Source of the DNA: Octopus sinensis
Taxonomy: Eukaryota
Direction: 5' to 3'
NCBI RefSeq assembly: GCF_006345805.1
Contig: NW_021835345.1
Location: forward strand, 1-40,594
DNA: 40,594 nt
Positions 11,343 through 24,242 of the stretch are shown piece by piece. A model generated the notes under the pieces. That model was given only the letters and a program-made list of their open reading frames with translations. It did no database searches and was not told where the DNA came from. Numbering within the stretch: position 1 is the stretch's first letter; every line of letters starts with the position of its first letter. Position numbers and translations under genes: made by a program.

Positions 11343-12414
11343 AATATATATACACGTACATATACATATATACATATATACAAATATACAAACAAACAAT
11401 CAAACATACATACATACTACATACATACATACATACATACATACATACATACATACGTATATACATTCTAGTTCAGGCTCTTCACCGCGTAAATACCTGT
11501 AATAATCAGACTCTCTTCGATAAAACTATTTATGATGTGCCTCGAGCAAACTAGAATCCTGCTCTAGTTCGAAGTCCCTTGAAAAGTTCACCAGCCTGCA
11601 ATGCAACTATTAAAAGCAACAAAAAAACTCGATTTCGACATACAGATTGGGTCGTACCAGTATTAAATGAGAAAAACATAACCTCTTTGACAAAATACTT
11701 TCATCCTTGATCAACGAAGATTTCCATAAAGATAATATATTCCGTAAACCATTCAGCAGCAATAATTCTTTAACCTTCGACACAATACAAGAATACACAA
11801 ACGCAGAAATTATCTGTCTTTGATAGTAATGTTTCCTAGTGGATAAATAATTGCATTGTATATCACGACATCACATCTGCAAAAGGGCAGGTATATATAC
11901 ACGGAGAATTCATTTAAGAGAGGTTATATAAGCATATGAGCCTTTCTCAAATAGCCTCACAAAGAAAATCCTGCATCTCTCTAAGAGCTGATGTAGCAAA
12001 CTACGAAAGAAACTTGTGACTGTGTGGACATCGCATGGCCCATCTCGGAGGAAACCATTCAATTCAATGAGTGTTCAAAATGATGCATCTTATGTTTCAC
12101 TCAGAAATATCATACCATGCATATAATGTAAAGATAGACAGATCTAATCTCAAATTGCAGACTATTTGGCATTTTTGCTTTTTCTTCATGTCAACAAAGA
12201 AATGGTGACGTAACATCTTGATGTCTGCTTCAACAATTACGATGAAAACCAGTCAGCGTGCCAAATTTCTGGATATTGTGTATATAAATAGTATATATCT
12301 AAGTATCTGTGAGTGTAAGCTTATATATATATACTTGCATACATACATAATACATTATATATATATATATATATATATATATCTATATATATATCATACA
12401 TACATACATACATA

Positions 12415-12448
<34 letters not shown>

Positions 12449-12959
12449 CTATATATATATATATATACATACATACATACATACATACATAATACATACA
12501 TATATATATATATACATACATACATACATACATACATACATACATACATACCATACATACATATGTATACATATATTACATGTGTGTATAAAATAGAGAA
12601 GAACGATTGTCCGTATTATATGCCGACATGTGTATGAGAGAGGAAATAAAAAGAGTGTGTTTATCAAGGGGGAGAACGAGAGGAAGTGGAGAAGAAGGAG
12701 AGAGTAATACAGATAGATTAATACAATTATGTCTGTGACTTTGCGAGTTCGTACATACACATATACACAGTATCGCCAAATCGCACATACACAGACGTAC
12801 ACTGACTCACAAATACTATATTACGACTACGTAACTATTTTAACAGAAAAATCATGCCTTTTCCTCTTGAGACGATCCAATAGAAATATAGGAAAATGTT
12901 TGATGTTAATATTGTTTATCAAATCAATCAATATTTGATTTATTTTTATTAGTTTAGGC

Positions 12960-13205
12960 AGGGGAAAGGGGTTGCTGTCCACGGCCTTTACAAGTCCTCT
13001 GAGGCCGGTGAGACTGATGCGGTTAATGTTACTTTTAAATAGTTACAAGTCAATGACTACAGGAAAAACATGTTTAGTGAAGGGATTCCGAGAGGAGTAT
13101 ATGTTCTGGAGAGAGATAACCTGGTGTAATGGTTAGTACGGATCGTTAGCATGGAGAGGTGGAAACAGCATGGGTAGTAAGATAATGAGTGACGTAGGAT
13201 GCAGG
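12960..13205 (-). mobile_element. Decayed 3' fragment of a CR1/L2-superfamily LINE
   Basis: Minus frames give RTNHYTR...SRT...(W)N...KHVFPVVIDL*LFKSNINR, resembling the RT...SF.PRT..LWN.LP..VFP...L..FK..IN C-terminus. Confidence 0.55.
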
Positions 13206-13249
13206 CTTTGAATAAATATTGATTTCAAATTTTGGCACAAGTCCAGGAA

Positions 13250-13390
13250 TTTCGGGACTTATTTTGCCGACCCGAAAGGATAAAAGGCAAAGTCGACCTA
13301 GGCAGAATTTGAACTCAGAACGTTAAGACGGACGAAATGCTGCTAAGTCTTTTGCTCGACGTGATAACGATTCTGTCGGCTCGCCGCCTT
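13250..13390 (-). mobile_element. SINE family B, 5' part
   Basis: CCGAAAGGATAAAAGGCAAAGTCGACC...ATTTGAACTCAGAACG...CTCGCCGCC. Confidence 0.8.
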
Positions 13391-13459
13391 GGTTTGAATA
13401 AATATTGGAATCTATGTGTTTAGGAGCTGACCCCAAAAAATGTGGGTATGCAAACAGAG

Positions 13460-13882
13460 ATCCTTATTTCTTTACTGCCCACAAGGGGACATATGGGACA
13501 CACAGAGGGGACAAATAAGGACAGACAAACGGATTAAGTCGAATATATCGACCCCAGTATTTAACTTGTATTTATTTAATCGACCCCGAAAGGATGAAAA
13601 ACAAAGTCGACCTCGGTGGAATTTGAACTCCGAACGTAGCGGCAGACGAAATACCTATTTCTTTACTGCCCACAAGGGGCTAAACACAGAGGGGACAAAC
13701 AAGGACAGACAAACGGATTAAGTCGATTATATCGGCCCAGTGCGTAACTGGTACTTAATTTATCGACCCCAAAAGGATGAAAGACAAAGTCGACCTCGGC
13801 GGAATTTGAACTCAGAACGTAGCGGCAGACGCAATACCGCTAAGCATTTCGCCCGGCGTGCTAACGTTTCTGCCAGCTCACC
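13460..13882 (-). mobile_element. SINE family B tandem dimer (tailA-tailA)
   Basis: Head at about 13880, then two core+tailA units joined by AGTAAAGAAATAGGTATTTCGTC (read on minus). Confidence 0.9.
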
Positions 13883-14769
13883 AAAAACAGAGATTCTAGC
13901 AGTGTAGAAGTGTAGCGAATAACTTTTGAACTCTAACCGTGTAGGAAATGATTGTAGGAATCAAACGGAGAGTTTTATAAATATGGGGTAGACATCGGTG
14001 ATTGAACGAAATACGAGAGGGATATATTGCTGCTCTTGTTTGAATAAATGAAGACCTTAAAGTGATGATAAAGATTTATACGTATGAATGTAAACACATT
14101 ACTTCTGTGCTTTCTATGTGCGGAAAAAAAAAGAATGAGGAGTCTCTTGACAGACTGTTTTACGATATATCGCTCACTCCTCCGAGAAAACGTGCCAAAT
14201 CTCTTTTTTCATTTCATATTTCAGCATGGGAAACGTCTGCCATGCAAAGCAGTCGGATATTAAGTTATTATCGTGATGGGTAGATTCAGTTGCATACTTA
14301 TGCTTAAGCCAGCGTGTTATTAAGTTTACAAAACAATCTCTTCACGCACAACACAGCCTAAGTCAGAAATACTTAATAATCTAAAAAGCTAAGATAAAGT
14401 ATATTCCAATACTTTCTAAGTTTTAGATTTATATCAAGACTTCTGATTCACGCTCATTTGTAACATCATATACATGACGTCATCGGACCCGTTGTCTTCG
14501 TCGCAGTTATTGCTGTTGATAATAAAATAACGGTGTGTATAACATGTATAATGGGTATACAAATGTTAAACAGCTCAAGCTATAATATTTTGTACAGAAT
14601 TGCATGTTAACAAATACAGGGTTTTCCTCAGAACGTCTGTAGACCGCCCCACACGGTGTTTCGAATTCATTACGTCATTACTTTGAACAAGTACTTGTCT
14701 CGATATAAAAATTGGCAAACAAAGCAATCATTGTTTGGTGCCAAATTTACCCAAGTTTAAGTAAGATTA

Positions 14770-15276
14770 ATAAACGAAATTCATTATTTGGTCCAAAAAA
14801 GGTTCGTTCGTGAGATGTGACAACAAAGAAGAGCACATATTCACTCTCTGCGTGCAATTAGACTCAAGAAGTTTGTGAAGAACCCATTGACCCAATTTGC
14901 TGACTTTTATGAGTTTTCTGGGCTGTAGTTTCCGGCTCAGAATTTCTGGAACCACCGTTGACACTAGCTTACGCTTATTGTCCAATCCCCATGTACTGCA
15001 TTAATATTCATTGCACCTTCCATTGCGTTGCTGTCTTTATTAAACTCACAAAGCAAAAATATGCCGAATATGCTCCTTTGTCACTTACATCATAGCTTTG
15101 AAAAAAATAACTGTTAAAATCAAACTGCACTCGTCAAACCTTGCACTAAGAATAAGGACAGGGTAAAATTACTACCTGCATTTATAGCAAGTTGATGCAG
15201 GTAATCTATCCCGTCCCCTCCAACTTTTAGTCCATGCAAATGAAAAAAACTGCATTATTTTTGGAATGACCCAATA
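14770..15276 (-). mobile_element. Mariner transposon remnant (one TIR, N-terminal HTH, WVPHEL-like region; internally deleted)
   Basis: TIR TATTGGGTCATTCCAAAAAATAATGCAG next to TA; translation TKEHIRHI(L)LCEFNKDSNAMEGAMNINAVHGDWTISVS*CQRWFQKF*AGNYS and KVSKLGQWVLHKLLESNCTQRVNMCSSLLSHLTNEPFLDQI. Confidence 0.85.
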
Positions 15277-15299
15277 TATATATATATATATTCTTGGGT

Positions 15300-15485
15300 T
15301 CTCTTTCAGTAGTTTGACAGATGCCATACTGGAGACCACCTTGAAGAATTTTAGACGAACGACACGACACCAGTACTAATTTCCTTTAAAGCTTGGTACA
15401 TATTCTACCGGTCTCTTTTGCCAGACGGCTAAGTTACAGGAACATAAACATACCAACCCTAGTTGCCAAGTGGTGTTGGGGGACA

Positions 15486-15495
<10 letters not shown>
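15300..15495 (-). mobile_element. SINE family A, diverged 3' half
   Basis: CGGTCTCTTTTGCC...GCTAAGTTACAGG...GGGGGACAAA. Confidence 0.7.
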
Positions 15496-15557
<62 letters not shown>

Positions 15558-15560
15558 AGT

Positions 15561-15877
15561 GAAGGCGCATGGCTCAGTGGTTAGAGCGTCGAGCTTACGA
15601 TCGTAAGGTTATGAGCTCGAATCCCGGACCGGGCTGCGTGTTGTATTCTTGAGCAAGACACTTTATTTCACGTTTCTCCAGTTAACTCGACTGTAGAAAT
15701 GAGTTGCGACGCCTTTGCCTTTCCCTTGGATAACACTGGTGGCGTGGAGAGGGGAGGCTGGTATGCATGGGCAACCGCTGGTCTTCCATAAACCACCTTG
15801 CCCGGACTTGTGCCTGGGAAGGTAACATTCTAGGTGCGATCGCATGGCCTGTGTCGTGACCGAAGGGGGTTTCACAA
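15561..15877 (+). mobile_element. tRNA-derived CORE-SINE (OR1/OR2-like), tail type 1
   Basis: GAAGGCGCATGGCTCAGTGG A-box, GAGCTCGAATCC B-box, CORE TTCTTGAGCAAGACACTTTATTTCACG; ends TGTCGTGACCGAAGGGGG. Octopus OR family name is recalled. Confidence 0.8.
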
Positions 15878-16169
15878 TACGTATATACAGGAGCAATCAA
15901 ATAGGTCGCGGCACATTAGCAAAGCATCTCGAGTCATTTTTGCTAAACAAGAGATTCAGAAAAATTCCAGCTAATTCATCTGGTCAATTCTGCATTCCAA
16001 TCGAAGTCAAACATTCGCTCCGGTTATCCTGCAAATCCGTGTAGATATCCAGACATAACTACCAGATATTTTGCGGTGTAATATTGAATAAATGCAAAAA
16101 AGAAACAAATGGATAAATTAAAATAGTAATAGAGACAAACACACTCGCAAACACACATGCACACACATA

Positions 16170-16300
16170 TATCCACTCAAAAGACTTTGGTCGGCCCAAG
16201 GTTGTAGTAGAAGACGCTTTCCCCAATGTGCCAAGCAGTGAGACTGAATCCAGATGTATGTAGTCGGGAAGCAAGCTTCTAACCACAGGGCCGCACCTGC
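16170..16300 (-). mobile_element. SINE family A, diverged 5' part
   Basis: ATCCACTCAAAAGACTTTGGTCGGCCC...GGAAGCAAGCTTCTAACCACAG. Confidence 0.7.
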
Positions 16301-16326
16301 GTTTGAGGTTGGTATTTCTAGCATGT

Positions 16327-16652
16327 GAAGGCGCGTGGCTTAGTGGTTAGGGGCATTCGGGTCATGATCGTAAGGTCGTGAGTTCAATTCCCGGCGGCTC
16401 GTTGTGTTCTTGAGCAAGACACTTTATTTTACGTTGCTCCAGTCCACTCAGCTGGCAAAAATGAGTGGTACCTGTATTTCAAAGGGCCAGCCTTGTCCCA
16501 CTCTGTGTCACACTGAATCTCTCCGAGAACTACGTTAAGGGTACACGTGTTTGTGGAGTGCTCAGCCACCTGTACGTTAATTCCACGAGCAAGCTGTTCC
16601 GTTGCTCGTATTAGCTGGGACCTTCGTCGTCGCAACCGACGGAGTGCTCCTC
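16327..16652 (+). mobile_element. tRNA-derived CORE-SINE (OR1/OR2-like), tail type 2
   Basis: Same head and CORE as 15561 but a different tail ending CTTCGTCGTCGCAACCGACGGAGTGC. Confidence 0.8.
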
Positions 16653-17470
16653 TATTACTAGCACACTGAGCATTCAATGAAAAGATGACCTTTAGTAATG
16701 TTTAAATAAAATTTGTAATATACTGTACATTGTGGTTGCTGTCGTGGTTGTTTAATCCTAGGTCAGTATTGATTAAACGGTAAGTATTCCATCCATGACC
16801 GACATGTCGGAGTCTCTTGGATTTTTAGATCTACGTCTGCAATATCTGACACTTTAAGAGAGCAGGGTATAATTTTTTGATGGATACTTCCATGCATATT
16901 CGCAACTTTTTATAAGCGTTCGAGCTGCTAGCATTGAAAACAGGTGTATTGCATTTGGTTTTTATCAAACCGAAGCTGCAAAGAAAGATAGAAGAAGAAG
17001 AAAGCTAAAAAGGAAGGGGGAGAAAAAGCATTGATTTTATGAATATGAAAATTAAAGAGAAGAAAATTAGAAGAAGAGTAAGAGAAGGAAATAAAAGGAG
17101 GCAAAATGAATAAAGGAGAGAAATGGGTGTAATGTCGGCAGCGGAAAGGAACAGAAAACAAAGGCGAGTTGTGTGAGAAAAATTATAAAAACGACATTAA
17201 AAAACTAATATATGTGTGTATGTGTGCATGCATGCAGGCGTGAGTGTGCCTTTAGAGTTGTGTATTTGCATGTATGAATATCCATGCATATATATGCATA
17301 TATATGCGATTGTTTGTATCTGTATGTGTGTGTGTCTATACACACACACAAAGGGGACGAATAACTTGAAGCGCCAGCTCATGCGTAGGGTTTATATTCA
17401 AATTAAACTCTACATCTCAGTATGCATCGAATACGTATTGAATCATGAGCTCCGCAATCTTTCAGTAAGC

Positions 17471-17501
<31 letters not shown>

Positions 17502-17525
17502 TATATATATGTGTATATAGGTATG

Positions 17526-17604
<79 letters not shown>

Positions 17605-18686
17605 CAGATATATATACATATGTAGATATGTAATCATGCACATACATTCAGGGATATCCATATACATATGCATTGTGAGAGGAGCGTACGATCTACATGA
17701 CAATCCCATCAGCAAGTTTCGGCAGAAAGATAAACAGCAGCAAACGTATGTACGATTCCAACAAACTGTGGCAAACATTATCGACACAACTGAGAAATAT
17801 CTGAGTCATTAAGGAAGAGAGAAGCGAAATAAATAAAAAAATTAAAATAAATAATAAATAAAACAAAACATTATAAAACAGAAGAAAACAAAAAAAAAAC
17901 AGAAATGGAACAGAAGGGATAATAAAAACAAATTAAGAAAATAAAATATATGAAAATATAAGAAAAAATAAAATATAAACAGAAATTTCATAATCATCAA
18001 TTGTCCAAGATTTGTTCTTTTTTAATCATGGCAGTTTTATATATTTGTTGAAATTTTTAATATTAATTCTGTAGCCATGTTCTGCACTACAGCTTACGAT
18101 CTAATAAATTTCTAAGTCATGCATTGTTGTTCTACGCAATTCGATATGTTTGCCACACCGCAATCAATTATTGCTTGTGTGGGCGAGTGAGTGTGAATGT
18201 GTGAGTGTATATGTGTGTTTGTGTGTTTTGTTACCGTTTTTTTTTTTTGGCTTTTTGTTTTGCTGAATTTGTTTTGTTATTGTTGTTGTCTTTATACAAG
18301 CCGATCGTTCTTAGAACCTTTTGCCAGAGAATGCATGTCAAATCGTTTTCTGGTTCCCTTTGAAGTTACTTTAATGGCGCCCCTGACTTTCCTTCCCATT
18401 GAAGCGTATGTCGTGGCTCATACGAAAATTGAAGTTCAGACTATAAAATTAAGAAAGAGAGAGAAAGAAACAAAGAATAAAATACAAAAACCAAACAAAA
18501 TTTAGAAACGAATAAAGACAAGGCAACTCCGACAAATGACCTCTAACTGCATAGCAAGCACCACACGTTTCTAGTCTCGCCTTTCACATACCTCTTTTGC
18601 TGTCCTTCTTATATATTTTTATATAATTATTTTTTTAGGTCTGCCTATTACAAGTTATTCTGCATTTGGGTAGCGTATTCCATATT

Positions 18687-18689
18687 GCC

Positions 18690-18758
<69 letters not shown>

Positions 18759-18778
18759 CATCATTATTATTGTTATCA

Positions 18779-18810
<32 letters not shown>

Positions 18811-18843
18811 GTAGTAGTATTTCTAGTAGTAGTAAGTAGTAGC

Positions 18844-18886
<43 letters not shown>

Positions 18887-18955
18887 TTATTATTATTGAA
18901 ATTTAATATTATTGCTGTTGTTATTACTGCTGCTGTTTCTGTTTCAATGTTATTA

Positions 18956-19017
<62 letters not shown>

Positions 19018-19025
19018 ATTATTAT
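18687..19025. repeat. Compound trinucleotide array (ATT)n-(AGT)n-(ATT)n
   Basis: Direct reading; source of the poly-I/S/N/T ORFs. Confidence 0.95.
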
Positions 19026-19460
19026 CGTTATCATATAGCTGAACAACTGGAATTAAGAGAATCTGTTTGAGTCGAAGCAAACTATTAAAAGATCGCTACG
19101 CTCTCTCATTACAAAATATGGCAAAGTGTCTTAGAATATCGAGAATCACTAATTTGACTAAATTTGCACCTTTCTCCTTGTTGTTCGCAGCAAAACCATA
19201 GCAAATTATCTTCTACACACACACACACACACACACACATATATGTATATAGAGAGAGAGGGGAAGAAGAAGAGAGAGACAGGCAGAGATATATATATAA
19301 TATACATATATATGTATATATTATATTTATATATACATATATATATGTACATACAAATACATATGTATATATATAAATACAGAGACAGGCACGCACACAC
19401 ATACACACACACAAATACACATACACACACACACAAACACACACTCACATATATATATAT

Positions 19461-19495
<35 letters not shown>

Positions 19496-19496
19496 C

Positions 19497-19528
<32 letters not shown>

Positions 19529-19759
19529 CATATAATATATATATATTTACCGTTCCGAATCACCGACACAGCATCTCAACAATTACAACCGCCGCAATGA
19601 CAGCCCCAAGCAATATAATCACAATATAATCAACAACCACACGAAGATCAGGCAACAACACATTTAACACAAGAACACCTAAACCTTCAGCCAAAATCCA
19701 TGGAATCGTTTTGGGGACACTGTACAGACTTCAAGACATTCGATGGCACAGTCTTACCA

Positions 19760-21990
19760 AACTATTTCGATATAACAAACTGAAAATCTCTCTAAAGGTC
19801 TTAAATTCTACTCAACACCTTAAAGTTGCAACATAAATAGAGAAAAATGTCAAGGAATTTTGAAGGAAATTACGCATATTTAATTGTTCAACAAAAAGGC
19901 GCAGTCGTAGCTGTGTGGTAAAAAGCTCGCTTCCCGACCATATGGTTTCCTATTCAGTGTCGCAGCGTGACATCTTGGGCAAGTGTCTTCTACTATAGCC
20001 TCGGGCCGTCCAAAACCTTGTGAGTGGATTTAGCAGACGGAAACTGAAAGAAGCCCGTCGTATATAGGTATATATAGATGTATACGTGTGTGCCTTTGTG
20101 ACTGTGTTTGTCTGTTCCACCACCGCTTGATAACCGGTGCTGGTGTGTTTACGTCCCGCAACTTAACGAGACCGATAGAAAAAGTACTCGGTTATAAAAC
20201 AACGAGGTACAGGGGTCGATACGGTCGACTAAAAATTCTTCAAGGCTATGCCCCAGCATGACCGCAAATAAACAATTAAAGAGTAGAAGTTTAATGGCGA
20301 AAGAATTAATTATATATCAAATATTCGTAATAAAATTAACTACAGTCCAGCAAAATGTAGGAACCAAATTTTATACAAATTCTGTGATTTTGTAATCACA
20401 TTCCGTTATTTTTCATTGCCACATCAGAAATTTAGATTATATACCAGCCGAAAGGGATGAGAAATCATCAATTATCTCAAGGATTATCATGATCATAATC
20501 TATTTATCAAAGAAGCTGATAAATGCAGTTCTGTACTCATTACATATAGAGAACATTACAAAAACACTGCACCATCTCTACATTGTGATAACACCTATTA
20601 TACATTCTGAAAAGCCTTGTTATAAAAGGGGAAGTGGTTACTGACAATCCAAAATAATGAAGATACTCACGACCTTCATCCAATAGTTCGAAAAGAACTT
20701 AACGGAAAAGAGAAGGGGTTATTTAATGAGATTTATATAAAAAATCATCAATTTTTGCGAACGCCCAAAAATCCTAGAGGATTGACTCAAATTTTAATTA
20801 ATATAAGAAATCCCAACGGTAGCAGGCACATCCTACACAATCTATATTTAGTAACTTTATTGATATACTCCTAAAACCTGTTCATGAACACATAAACAAA
20901 TACTAAGAGACGATTTAGAATTTCTAAACTATCTCCCATATAAAACCAACATAGGCACTCTTTTTCTTCCATTCTATATTCCGGTCCTACACATATACGA
21001 AATAGAAGCCATACAATGCTGGCCGGAAAAAATTGCAGATGACCTGTCTGAACGAATGGGGAAAGATTTACCATTCAATGTTTACGCTTCATCCTACAAA
21101 ATAACTTTTACAATTTCAACGACATCTACAAATATCGGAACGATGATAGGCAAGAAAGTAGCCCTTATAATGAATTTGTATGCTTCTGTTTCATTGATTG
21201 TTATGAGATGTTCAAATATACAAACACTCCAGATTAAGATTCGGTGGTAACTTCTACAAATACCTATTTGCCAACTGGAAACACTACCTGGTCGATTGCT
21301 TCATACTATGGACACACTGTCAGGACTCTATGAGCTTAAAACCCTAATTAAGAACATAAAACATAGTATTCAATTCCTAAATGGAATACAGTAAAAAAAA
21401 AAGCAACTACTATTTATGAACATTCTAACTATTAAAAAATATATGATTATTGAAACACCCATTTGTTTCAAGTAAAGCGCAAATCTAAGTCTTTGAAATG
21501 ATTACTTACCATCACTAGTCTAAAAGTGTAAACTGTGGAATCTGCATTGGCCTTATCGAGAGCTTAAGATATGAATTTAAATCAGGAGAAATATTTACCT
21601 AAAAGCCATTTCACATGTGTATCAAGAAACTATTATGAAATACGCTAGGTGTGGTGAAAACTACACAGGATAAATAAGTTTGAATGTACACCGCCAACAG
21701 ATACGATACTTCAGAAAAATACTTGTAAGTAAACACCTAGACCTTTGTCCAACAAGCATACATGCTAAATAATAAATATTGCGTTTACGAAGCATGTATC
21801 AATGCATCGGAAACACATTCGTCCAATTACATTTAATCAAAGAAAATACGTTTATTAAGAAATATCAACCAAAACTAAATACTTTACAACAAGAGAATTG
21901 AAGGACAAAACACTATATTTCACTCAAGTAAACAACTAGAAAGAATAGGATTTCTCTGGGATTCAAAAGCCTAAGTTCAATCCTCAAGCA
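19760..21990 (+). mobile_element. Old, heavily decayed Penelope-like element (N-terminal domain plus RT), interrupted by a SINE
   Basis: In-order motifs: LSKGLKFYSTP (about 19788), VKEF*RKLR, LFIKEADKCSSVLI, PTVAG...SNFIDILLKPV...RDDLEFLNYLP, IGTMIGKKVA (GTAMG-like), NWKHYLVDCFILW (21285-21296 = eroded YLDD), MEY..KQLLFMNIL; many stops and frameshifts. Confidence 0.75.
19898..20285 (+). mobile_element. SINE family A, full length, inserted in the old PLE
   Basis: GGCGCAGTCGTAGCTGTGTGGTAA head to CCCCAGCATGACCGCA tail. Confidence 0.85.
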
Positions 21991-22513
21991 CATTACTCCT
22001 TCCGACATTATTTGCAAATATCAGCCTGGGATTGACCAAACAGATTTTCTGTTTGGTCAAGAGTGTACTCTCGGAGGAGAAAGAAAAAGAGCAAACGCCG
22101 CTGTTAAGCATTCTGCCGAGCTAAAACAGCATCTTTGGGGACACGGTCAACCAGAACGATGGATTACTGCTAGACAAAACCAAATGACCAGAACATTTGA
22201 TACATAAATGACGTCCACATAAAACCACTGGACTACTATTGGACAAAAACAATTCATGCAGTCAACCCATCAGAACGCTGGGCCAAAGGTGGATAAAACT
22301 AAGTGATGTCTTTAAGTAAGTGACCAATCAGCACTATGACCGAACAGTCTAAAAACCTATGTATATACAAAACAATATCGACTTGAAAAATCGATCAATT
22401 TTTGGGAGTAAAGCAAAATATGTACAATATTCCTTCGTAGAACATGACAGACCGAGTAGAAATTTTCTTTTCTATTCTTTAAACTCATCATCATATCTAA
22501 TTGCTAACATAAG

Positions 22514-22704
22514 TTATTGCTTTGAAACCTATTGAACTTTCAAATTTCCATCATGTATTATTGCTATGAAATTTATCGAACATTTGAACTTTCATAAATT
22601 CTTATTGCTGTGAAAGTTATTGAATACTTGAACTCTTATCATGTAATTTTGCTAGGAAACATATTGAACATTTGATTTTTGAACCTGTTTTATTGCTATG
22701 AAGC
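22514..22704. repeat. Degenerate 44-bp minisatellite, about 4.3 copies
   Basis: Units start at 22514, 22558, 22602, 22646, 22690 (TTATTGCT.TGAAA..TATTGAAC.TT.GA..). Confidence 0.85.
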
Positions 22705-22959
22705 TTTTCCCGGCGCGTTCTCATTCTTTTAAACTTTTAACATGTTTCTGTTATTTTATATTTACCATTGAAAAACAAAGAAGTTATTAAAACCGGTACG
22801 GTGTTTTAATAAATTCTTAAAACAATTAAAAAATAAAACTTCAAGTCGTTTTAAAATTCCGGTGCATTTTTCAAACTGCAAGTTCTCCTATGTTCTTAAA
22901 CACACACACATACACACATATATATATACGTATGTGCGTGTTAGTGTGTGTGTGTGTGT

Positions 22960-22993
<34 letters not shown>

Positions 22994-23175
22994 GTGTGTG
23001 TGTGTGTGTAGTGAAATTGAATAAACGAACATTAAAAGCTATAACAAACAAGAGGATGTGCACATGGAATGTATTAGGTTGATGATCAGTAAAAACAGTT
23101 CTTGACGTTTCAAGCTTAACTTCGTCGAAAATGAAAATGAAAAGAATGGAAGAAAATCACCTACAGCATGCCGTT

Positions 23176-23207
<32 letters not shown>

Positions 23208-23347
23208 CACGACGAGCTTCTCTCAGTTCAGTTTCCGATAAATAAATTCTCTCCCACGGGACAATAGTAGAAAACACTTGCCCAAAGTTCTATGCAAGGA
23301 ACTTAGAAGCACACACACACGTATGTATATGTTGTTATGTATGTGTG

Positions 23348-23385
<38 letters not shown>

Positions 23386-23456
23386 GAGAGAGAGAGAGAA
23401 ATATACATATATATACATACAGACACACGCACACACACACATATATATAATATATA

Positions 23457-23538
<82 letters not shown>

Positions 23539-23674
23539 GCTCTGTTTTGTCAAAATAACAGAGTATTTATTCGTTTGAATCCAGATATTTTCTCACTGAA
23601 TGATAGCAACATCTTCCTGCGTATACTGTAGTAAAATAAAATGATCCCCGAAGATGTAGACAAATGGCGGCTTT

Positions 23675-24200
23675 TTTCGTACTTTCTGAGTTCAAATTCC
23701 GCCGAGGTCGACTTTGCCTTTCATCCTTTCGGGGTCGATAAATTAAGTACCAGTTACGCACTGGGGTCGATATAATCGACTTAATCAGTTTGTCTATCCT
23801 TGTTTGTCCCCTCTGTGTTTAGTCCCTTGTGGGTAGTAAAGAAATAGGTATTTCGTACACCGCTACGTTCAGAGTTCAAATTCCGTCGAGGTTGACTTTG
23901 CCTTTCATCCTTTCGGGGTCGATTAAATAAGTACCAGTTACGCACTGGGGTCGATATAATCACTTAATCCGTTTGTCTGTCTATGTTTGTCCTCTCTGTG
24001 TTTAGCCCCTTGTGGGTAGTAAAGAAATAGGTATTTCGTCTGTCTTTATGTTCTGAGTTCAAATTCCGCCGAATTCGACTTTGCCTTTCATCCTTTTGGG
24101 AGTCGATGAATTAAATACCAGTTGCGTACTGGGGTCGATCTAATCGACTGGCCCCCACCCCCAAAATTTCGGGGCTTGTGCCTAGAGAAGAACAGAAAGA
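23675..24200 (+). mobile_element. SINE family B trimer: two 184-bp core+tailA units then core+tailB
   Basis: GAGTTCAAA at 23688, 23872, 24055 (period 184/183). Confidence 0.9.
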
Positions 24201-24242
24201 ATACTAAACCGCATTTGTTCTCCCCTGTGTCTATGATATAGC

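Noticed and set aside
11985-12015. CTGAT-GTAG-CAAA-CTAC-GAAA
   Set aside because: Lacks G8/A9 of the core and has no stems I or III.
3302-16400. tRNA genes at the SINE heads (3302, 15561, 16327)
   Set aside because: A and B boxes are present but there is no complete cloverleaf, and they continue into CORE and tail sequence.
22514-24200. CRISPR-like arrays (44-bp and 184-bp periodicities)
   Set aside because: Eukaryotic context, no unique spacers and no cas genes.
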